Virus record (IMG/VR): IMGVR_UViG_3300036770_007999
Span: 1 to 64,000 of that record
DNA: 64,000 nucleotides
Direction: 5' to 3' (one strand)
Source of the DNA: a virus
In this document: piece by piece, positions 57,212 to 64,000 of the stretch
Layout of the letters: each line of letters begins with the position of its first letter
Numbering within the stretch: position 1 is the stretch's first letter
Made by a program: the position numbers and the translations under genes
Notes under the pieces: model-generated
The model's database searches: none
Told to the model about the DNA's origin: nothing
What the model saw: only the letters and a program-made list of their open reading frames with translations

Positions 57212-59560
57212 CTATGTTCTTATGCCGTCACCAGAGGCCAAGGGTGGCAGGCCACGCCGTCTGCGTTCTTGATTGATGCGCTCCAGCACTATGGGATCGT
57301 CTCCGGAGTATGTGAGATCAGCATCCGGTGTGGAGCTGTATAGACCTTGACCGAAATTGGGCGTTGGCACCTTGGCATTGCCGATGATGTTGGTCACGGC
57401 CTGATCCAGTTGTCCACGTTCCACAGTGCCAGTGAACCCACCTAATTGTATGCCGCCGGCAACCAGTTCTGTGGCCTTGTTGTTGACAAAATTCACGGCA
57501 TATTGTGCTGATTTGGCCACAGAATTGATCTCTGAAGCCACGTCTGGAGGCACAGCGCCATTGACCCAGGCCACGGTGTTGTTGACACCAAATCTCGAAG
57601 CGGTCTGTACAAAACTGGCCAGATCCTGTGGTCGTTCAGATCCTGTGACCACGCCGGCAGACCTTAGTCCATCCAAAGCCGATACCATGATCTCATTTTG
57701 CGTGGCACTCTGCAAGGCAGGGTCGGCCAAGAGGCTGCTCAGGTTACCTACACCGGCCTTGCCAGTCCATACCGATGGTGAACTCAGCACAGACTGCAAC
57801 TGGGCGGGATCTTTGAGATAGGTCTGCACTGTGCCGGGTTTGAGGAATCCTGCGCCTTCCAGTTGACCGGCGCTGATGCCAAACTCACCAATGCCCTTGT
57901 CCAGGCTTACCACATCAAAACTCTGGCCAACATCCAGTCGGGTCTGGGCCAGCAAACCAGTGACCTGGCCCAGATCTAGACTGCCCACTGAAAGTTCGGC
58001 CGGTGTCTGTTCCAGGAAGGCCGCGGCATCTATGGGTGCGGTGACCGGCACTGTGTCCAGCCCGGACAAGACCTCTGCTGTGGCCCTGGTGAGATCGGCC
58101 GCGGGAGGGTCACTGACATTGGTCACGGTGCTCACGCCTTGATTGTGATAGGGATAGGGTTCATGCGTAGGCGCACGCGTGACTATGGTCTTGAGTTTGC
58201 CAAATTCCACTGTCCAACCTTGATCAGGCACGAATCGAGTATCTGCCAGGCTGAGATCGCGGAGATCACTGGGTGTATTCACCGGCGCGCCGCCGCCAGA
58301 GTTTAGGCTGATACAGCCCGCTTTGAGATTCATGGAAGATCCTGCGTCCCATGATCCTGCTGATGTGTTTTTGAGATTGAGACTTCCATCGCTCTTGATG
58401 CCAATGAGATTTTTGCTGTACAGGGTCATGCTGCCGGTGCCTATGAGGTCCAAGGTGGCATCGGCCTGTGCCTTGAACGTGGTCGATTTCATGTTGATGG
58501 CGCCGCCCGCAAACATGTTTATGTCGCGGTCCGCGTGCAGATTGATGGTGCCTTGGGTGCGCACGTTCACAGAATTAGTAGAGAACACATCTACTGTGCC
58601 TTGCTTGCCAAACTCCAGCCAGGTCTGGCCGTTGGCATGTATGATATAGAAACAGTCACCGTCGTCGCTCATGGTGATCTGGTGGCCCTTGGCTGTGCGT
58701 ATGCGCACCAGGCTGTCTTTGCCTTCTAGATTGCCGTCGTCCATGACGATGCTGTGGCCGCCTTGGCGAGAGATAACCTGGATGTCTTCTGGTGTGAGTT
58801 CGCCACGCTCCAAGCGATTCTTGATCTCCAGATCTGATATACCGCTCTGATATACGGGCTTGCCAGGTGTGACCATGCCGTAGCAGGCAGAAGGTGATTC
58901 TCGCTGGCTGTTGGATGTGATGGGGCCACGCACTGTATCCCGGATCAAACCTTGCTGCATCATGATGCCGGCCATCACGGAGTGAACCGGTTTGGGCTGG
59001 TCAAAGAACCTGGGATTCTCTGAAATGGCAGTGTTTTCGGTGTTGATCTCTGTGACTGGCAGTTGTGTGGCACCAGCAAAATAACTGTCCTGTGGACCGT
59101 TGGCCAGTTCAAAACGCTGACTGGCACCAATGGCCGGAATCATGTGATTAACACTGACATTGGGCACGCAACCGATGTAGTAACCTTGGTTTGGGTCGCC
59201 TTCGATGAAGAAACAGATCACTTCGGTGCCAAGGTCGGGTGGTGTGAACCATATGCCGTAACTCTGTTGATTGCCCGTGAATGTGCCTACTCCGGCATTG
59301 GTACCAGAGTGAGGTGTAGAACCATAGAATGGCGGGATGTAACTGACAGTGCGCCAGGTGCTGGGGTCAGCGAGATCGGGCGAGCCGTCGGGATTAGAGG
59401 CACCGAACTGATTGATCCAGACCTGCAAGCGTCCGGCACGTGTGGGATCGATGTTGTTGGTCACGATGCCAATGAAAGGGCCCATCTCTGTGGGCATGCC
59501 GCCGCGGTCGAACTTGTATTGCTGGCTGCGGCCTTTGGTGCGGATTATGTTGTTGGGCAT
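57212..59560 (-). CDS. Baseplate central spike/hub (gp5/VgrG-like)
   Basis: N.DP...GRLQV, PPDLGTEV..F (OB fold), RIRTAKGHQITMSD and beta-helix-like repeats. Confidence 0.8.
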   Translation of the reverse strand: MPNNIIRTKGRSQQYKFDRGGMPTEMGPFIGIVTNNIDPTRAGRLQVWINQFGASNPDGSPDLADPSTWRTVSYIPPFYGSTPHSGTNAGVGTFTGNQQSYGIWFTPPDLGTEVICFFIEGDPNQGYYIGCVPNVSVNHMIPAIGASQRFELANGPQDSYFAGATQLPVTEINTENTAISENPRFFDQPKPVHSVMAGIMMQQGLIRDTVRGPITSNSQRESPSACYGMVTPGKPVYQSGISDLEIKNRLERGELTPEDIQVISRQGGHSIVMDDGNLEGKDSLVRIRTAKGHQITMSDDGDCFYIIHANGQTWLEFGKQGTVDVFSTNSVNVRTQGTINLHADRDINMFAGGAINMKSTTFKAQADATLDLIGTGSMTLYSKNLIGIKSDGSLNLKNTSAGSWDAGSSMNLKAGCISLNSGGGAPVNTPSDLRDLSLADTRFVPDQGWTVEFGKLKTIVTRAPTHEPYPYHNQGVSTVTNVSDPPAADLTRATAEVLSGLDTVPVTAPIDAAAFLEQTPAELSVGSLDLGQVTGLLAQTRLDVGQSFDVVSLDKGIGEFGISAGQLEGAGFLKPGTVQTYLKDPAQLQSVLSSPSVWTGKAGVGNLSSLLADPALQSATQNEIMVSALDGLRSAGVVTGSERPQDLASFVQTASRFGVNNTVAWVNGAVPPDVASEINSVAKSAQYAVNFVNNKATELVAGGIQLGGFTGTVERGQLDQAVTNIIGNAKVPTPNFGQGLYSSTPDADLTYSGDDPIVLERINQERRRRGLPPLASGDGIRT

Positions 59561-59561
59561 G

Positions 59562-62500
59562 CTATGGCTCTCTTACTGTGTCTTGTGGTGTGCGGTTGTT
59601 GACAGGAGCATTGGCCTGCTGCTGTCTGATGTTCAGTTGTCGTGTCAATTCGTTGGCTACTACCCGGTTTATCAATCCTGCGTTGAACGCAGCAGTGACA
59701 TCTTGCACAGAAGTGAAGGTCAAGGGCCGGCCTGTGGCCGTGGTAAAGGTCACTGCCGGAATGCCTGTGCCTTCACCGGTGGCGCCGTACTGTCCAAAGA
59801 TGCTGGTGGGCGTGCTGGCGGGTCCGATGATCTGGCCACCGCTGGTGGGTGCTGTGCTGGGAGCGGCCGGAGCGACCACTCCTTCGGCTGCCAAGGAATC
59901 CGGAGTCAAGGGGTTGGTGCTGCTGGCAGTTCCGGTAACAGCGCCGATGGGATTGGTCGCCAGTTGATTGACCTGATCTCTTCGGGCCTGGGCCATGACA
60001 CCAGCGGCCTGTTGTTGGCGCTCTGCGAAGGTGCCGGATCCGGCCTGGCGCAGCAGCCGTCGCGTTTCTGCTTCGGTCTCGTTGGGCAGTGCGGACACGT
60101 CTCGCTGATTGGCATCCACCTGATCGCGATCTTGCTGCGGTAGATCAAACAGGATCAACACACCTTCTAGATCCTGTGTGAAACGTCCAGCGTTGAACTT
60201 GCTGACCACTTTTTTTGCACGATAGATATAACTCTGGCGTGCAGATCCGGCTGATGTGCTGGTCCGATCAAAGTTATTGGTGGTAGGATCCATCACGCCA
60301 GTATCAAGATTGTAATCCACAGGAAGATTGAAAGCGATTTCAAACATGACCTCTTGCCCTTCATAGTTGATGGTGCCATCATCCAGGAAAGGTCCATAAT
60401 TTTGTCCTGCACCGGCCACACCGGCCCAGAGTTCTCCTTGCTGCAACCAGGCCGGGTCGCCCACTATCTCCAGGCTCACCTCTCCTTGATCTCCAGGAGA
60501 GTACAGGTAATCTGCAGCATTTGCACTGGGCTCGTTGGTGGGCCCTTGAGCTCCCATGGCGCTCTGGGCGCTGCGTGGCGAGAATGATCGTTTGAGATAC
60601 TCTCTATAGTCCGTGGTCTGAGTGGCTGGTTGAACCGACTGTGTGCTTGCACTGTTGATGGTGAGATAATAGATGTAGTTGAAATCCTGTTCAAATTTTA
60701 AGATCTGTGTGTTCTCGCCCGTGAACCAGTAGTTGTATTTTTTGTGCGTGCCTTGGAACCGGGCCTGGGGGAAATAATCACTCTGCAGATCGTTTACCTT
60801 GTAGGGGCTGAGTTGATAGGTTATGTCGTAGGCATAGTCGTTGCGTTTGGGATCATAACCGGCCGTGGTCTTGGGCACAGTCTGGATGCCCACGCGATAC
60901 CAAGCCGTTACTTCGGCCGGTGTGCCGTTGTCGCGTTCTTTCTGAGTCTTGGGATCTCGGATCTTGGTCTGTTGATCGTAGATATAGGTGCTGGTACGAG
61001 TGTACTGATCAATGAACTGCATGATGCTCATGCCGGCCAAGGCCGATGTGTTTTTGGCATCTTTGTTTTGGCTCTGCGTGGCTGGATTTTTTTGCTGGTT
61101 GGCAGGTGCCTTGGCACCTGGACCCATGGGCACTAAGCGCTGGTTGGTTTCACCCGGCGGTACCACGCGCGCATTTTGCAGGGCCGGAGTCAAGATCTCG
61201 ATCCGATAGGTATCGGGCACAGTGTACACGCCCTCGGTCACTAGATCTGCCTGATATTGATTCAAGGCCTGGCTCAGGCCCTGTGTTATAGTAGGTGTGC
61301 TAGCCGCCGATGCTTTGGGTGGCGCCGCGGTGGTTGCACCAGGTGCTGTAGGAAACACAGTGACCCCGGGTATCTCTCCCGGATCTGTGGCTGTGCGATT
61401 GGCCACCGATACTCCAGGAACCTCTCCAGGATCTGTGGGCGTGGCTGCTCCTGCGCGACTGGAAGATGAAAACGCCAGCGGGCCGTTGAACAGTTCCTGC
61501 AACGTCTTGCTGGTGATCTCTACATTGTATGGTATCACACCACGCGCAGGTCCCGTGGCGATGAGATTCTGCGGACAAACAGCCTCACAGGTATATTCTG
61601 TGATGCGGTCAGCCACGCGAAACTTGATGGATTTGAACTGGAACGGTATGAACTTTTCAATGGCTTGCTCAGTGGTCCTGGAGCCATCGGCCAACAGGCG
61701 GCTGCCTTTGATAGGAAGGTATTGATTGCCTGTTTGATCATAACCATAGAACCGGATCACCATGAGATAGTTCTGTGCCGCATAGTTTTGATCGCCGGTG
61801 CCGCCAGATCCGGCAACATACTGCTGTACTGCCCGGTATAGCCTGGGTAGAAAGGTGATACCGTTGGGTTCTATGATCTTGAAATCCAGTTCGGCCACAT
61901 TGTGTGGCCCTGCAGTGCCCTTGCCGGATATCATGCTGGTAACACGCAGATCGTCAATATAGAAATCTTCCTGGAAATACTGATTGCGCCCAGCATCAAG
62001 ACTGAACGTGGTTACGCCTGGAATTTCGCCGGGATCGGTCTGCCCATTGGTACCGGTGTTGCCAAACCCGGTACTGATCGGAATGCCTGCGCTCTGTATC
62101 AAGAGATTGTAGCCGGCAAGATTTTTCTGCTGCGTGCGGATGAGCCTGGCATAGTCTTGCGGACTCATGAGATAGATGCTGATGCTGTAGGTGTAACTGG
62201 CATATTTGTCCAGCACATTGTCCTGTGTGATGATTCGTCCTTGTTCACCGCCAAACAACACATTGATGCTGGCACGCACATCATCGCCCGCGGCTGCCAC
62301 TCCGGCATTCTGTGCTGCCTGGGTAGTCTGTGTATTGGGTGGCGGTGCGCCAGGTGCGGGCAGAGTGGCGGGCGTGGCTTGAGTTTGTCCTTGGCGGCGC
62401 ACAGGATCATTCAGGCCGCGGTCCTGTGCTACTCCTGGTACACCAGAGGTCGGAGTCTGTTGGGCATTTGTGACTTCGTCGTTTTCCTGGGGCCGGGCCA

Positions 62501-62891
62501 CGCCATCGATCTCGATCACCAAAGCAGGTGGTGGTGGATTAGTGGCACTCGCGCCTTCGTCGCGTGCTGTCTGCGCTTCTCGCACGGTTTGGCCGGCGCT
62601 TTGCCGAGGCGCTGAGGCTGCCTGCTGGGCAGCGGAGATCTCACGATTTACCTGCGCCAGTTCCGCTTCCAATTGCGCTTCTTCTTCGCGCAGTCTTTGC
62701 AATGTGCGTTGCACCACTCTGACCTGAACCTGTTGCTGTTCCCGGTCGGCTGTCTGGTCGGGTTGCAGTTGTTCCAGTGCCAGTTGGCGTCTCTGCAGGT
62801 TCTGTTCTGTTGCTTGGATTCGGAACCGCACTGTCTCCAACTGCCGGGTGATACTGCTGCGCCGATCGTACAGGATGTTGATGTCGGCCAT
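59562..62891 (-). CDS. Putative baseplate hub protein with low-complexity arms
   Basis: N.L..YASYTY, F.IIEP.G..F, LEIVGDP.W, V.S.F..G.FTQ.L; position between gp53-like and gp5-like genes. Confidence 0.6.
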   Translation of the reverse strand: MADINILYDRRSSITRQLETVRFRIQATEQNLQRRQLALEQLQPDQTADREQQQVQVRVVQRTLQRLREEEAQLEAELAQVNREISAAQQAASAPRQSAGQTVREAQTARDEGASATNPPPPALVIEIDGVARPQENDEVTNAQQTPTSGVPGVAQDRGLNDPVRRQGQTQATPATLPAPGAPPPNTQTTQAAQNAGVAAAGDDVRASINVLFGGEQGRIITQDNVLDKYASYTYSISIYLMSPQDYARLIRTQQKNLAGYNLLIQSAGIPISTGFGNTGTNGQTDPGEIPGVTTFSLDAGRNQYFQEDFYIDDLRVTSMISGKGTAGPHNVAELDFKIIEPNGITFLPRLYRAVQQYVAGSGGTGDQNYAAQNYLMVIRFYGYDQTGNQYLPIKGSRLLADGSRTTEQAIEKFIPFQFKSIKFRVADRITEYTCEAVCPQNLIATGPARGVIPYNVEITSKTLQELFNGPLAFSSSSRAGAATPTDPGEVPGVSVANRTATDPGEIPGVTVFPTAPGATTAAPPKASAASTPTITQGLSQALNQYQADLVTEGVYTVPDTYRIEILTPALQNARVVPPGETNQRLVPMGPGAKAPANQQKNPATQSQNKDAKNTSALAGMSIMQFIDQYTRTSTYIYDQQTKIRDPKTQKERDNGTPAEVTAWYRVGIQTVPKTTAGYDPKRNDYAYDITYQLSPYKVNDLQSDYFPQARFQGTHKKYNYWFTGENTQILKFEQDFNYIYYLTINSASTQSVQPATQTTDYREYLKRSFSPRSAQSAMGAQGPTNEPSANAADYLYSPGDQGEVSLEIVGDPAWLQQGELWAGVAGAGQNYGPFLDDGTINYEGQEVMFEIAFNLPVDYNLDTGVMDPTTNNFDRTSTSAGSARQSYIYRAKKVVSKFNAGRFTQDLEGVLILFDLPQQDRDQVDANQRDVSALPNETEAETRRLLRQAGSGTFAERQQQAAGVMAQARRDQVNQLATNPIGAVTGTASSTNPLTPDSLAAEGVVAPAAPSTAPTSGGQIIGPASTPTSIFGQYGATGEGTGIPAVTFTTATGRPLTFTSVQDVTAAFNAGLINRVVANELTRQLNIRQQQANAPVNNRTPQDTVREP

Positions 62892-62894
62892 GCG

Positions 62895-63194
62895 TTAGAA
62901 CCCCAGGGCGCTGCGCAACACGCTGAGTTTGGGGAGATAGATCTGTGTGTTGGCCACGAAGTCCCAGGGCGGTGCTGTCAATGTATTGGGATTGCGCTGA
63001 TAGAACACCCACCACAGGGTAGCATTGTCGTAGAGGTCGAAGGCCAGGAGATCAGGACGATACTGATAGGTCTGATTGATCAGGAACAGCCGGTCATCGG
63101 ATTCCGAGGGTATGGGCCGATTCACCATGTTTGACAGATAGAACTGCTGATATGGTGTGGTGAAGTAGGGGCTGGTAGAGTCGTACTGGGCCAT
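62895..63194 (-). CDS. Baseplate wedge subunit (gp53-like, LysM-like)
   Basis: YQYRPDLLAFDLY....LWWVF..RN. Confidence 0.8.
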   Translation of the reverse strand: MAQYDSTSPYFTTPYQQFYLSNMVNRPIPSESDDRLFLINQTYQYRPDLLAFDLYDNATLWWVFYQRNPNTLTAPPWDFVANTQIYLPKLSVLRSALGF

Positions 63195-64000
63195 TACCAG
63201 AATCCTCCTTTGAGCAGATCGCCATTGGCATACTGTTTAAGGCTGAACTGGCGACTGACTTGTTCGCGGCTCTGCATGGGTTTCAAGATGAGACCGACGT
63301 CCAGTTTGGTTGGCACATAGGTGCTGTCTGCTGTGCCCAATACCGGCACCGGCGGTGGAAAGGGCTGTGCTCCTTTGGTGAGACCGGCAGCAGTGAGCCT
63401 GGCCCATACGCTTTCAAATATGTTGGTTGGCACGGCCTGCCGTTGCCGGCGCTGTAGCAGTCCTGGCGGTATGGTGTTTTTGCTGCGCGCCCGGATGTAG
63501 TCGATGTCTTGCGGCAAGTTGTAGTTGAACTGGGCCACTACACAGGGATGCTGGTTGTATTGAAAATCTCCGTAACCGGACAAGTATACCAGGGGTGGTG
63601 GTGTGCCACGCTGAGGATCTTGACCGTAGAACATCTTGGTCACTGATTTGAAAAAATGTATCACGGCCAAGAGATATTCGGCTTCGGCTGTGTCCTGCGC
63701 AGTGAACGTGGCTTCGATCTGTATGTCGCCTACCTTGCTGCCTTGATAGAAGAAACCGCGATAGTTGCTGTGCGTGAGATTGTACTCGTTGTAGGTGGCT
63801 TCATATACCGTGGTGATGCGCGGAGTATAGGGAAAGATCACGCCATTGGTACGCCGCAAAGGTGCCAGTATTCCAGATCCGGGCTGACCGGCTGAGTCAG
63901 GTGCGTTGTAGAGATAGTTGCTCTGTGGTGCCAGGCTCAAGCGCACACGCCAGTCTGTGTCGTTGTTCTGTTTGCGCTGGCTCTGTATGGCTGCCTGCTG
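63194..64000 (-). CDS. Baseplate/tail tube initiator-like protein, 5'-truncated by the window
   Basis: Frame stays open to 64000 (QQAAIQSQRKQNNDTDWRVRL...); FPYTP.I, F.AQ, G.PPP...L.GYG. Confidence 0.7.
   Translation of the reverse strand, partial: QQAAIQSQRKQNNDTDWRVRLSLAPQSNYLYNAPDSAGQPGSGILAPLRRTNGVIFPYTPRITTVYEATYNEYNLTHSNYRGFFYQGSKVGDIQIEATFTAQDTAEAEYLLAVIHFFKSVTKMFYGQDPQRGTPPPLVYLSGYGDFQYNQHPCVVAQFNYNLPQDIDYIRARSKNTIPPGLLQRRQRQAVPTNIFESVWARLTAAGLTKGAQPFPPPVPVLGTADSTYVPTKLDVGLILKPMQSREQVSRQFSLKQYANGDLLKGGFW

Noticed and set aside
39530-63895. Many plus-strand ORFs opposite the structural genes
   Set aside because: Antisense shadows of long codon-biased genes
1-64000. Stop-codon reassignment, CRISPR array, integrase/transposase, DGR or intron
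   Set aside because: TAA, TAG and TGA all end genes with tight coupling; no repeat-spacer array, reverse transcriptase, recombinase or interrupted gene was seen by eye

Overview
This window looks like 64 kb of a jumbo myovirus genome using the standard genetic code. The tmRNA tag (ANDERFALAA) and the TctA/TctC transporter point, by inference, to a betaproteobacterial host. It has four blocks. (1) 1-3062, RNA/host-takeover island: five complete tRNAs plus one partial, a YkuK-type RNase H-like gene, a phage RNA polymerase omega subunit (rpoZ), an unexplained inverted-repeat structured element, a metallophosphoesterase and a circularly permuted two-piece tmRNA. (2) 3227-12892: TctA and TctC-like transporter genes, a PP-loop protein, a MoxR ATPase/VWA-peptidase pair split by an inverted insert, and thyX. 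(3) 12868-35864: a ~23 kb sugar/tailoring cluster with an NDP-sugar epimerase, a DegT aminotransferase, a carbamoyltransferase, seven radical SAM enzymes, an SGNH protein and several glycosyltransferase-like paralogue families. (4) 35943-64000: minus-strand tail fibre and baseplate genes, including a 4697-aa protein. The best candidates for undescribed biology are the radical-SAM/glycan cluster next to the fibre genes, the minimised permuted tmRNA, and the rpoZ-linked structured element. All product calls come from motifs recognised by eye; no database search was run.
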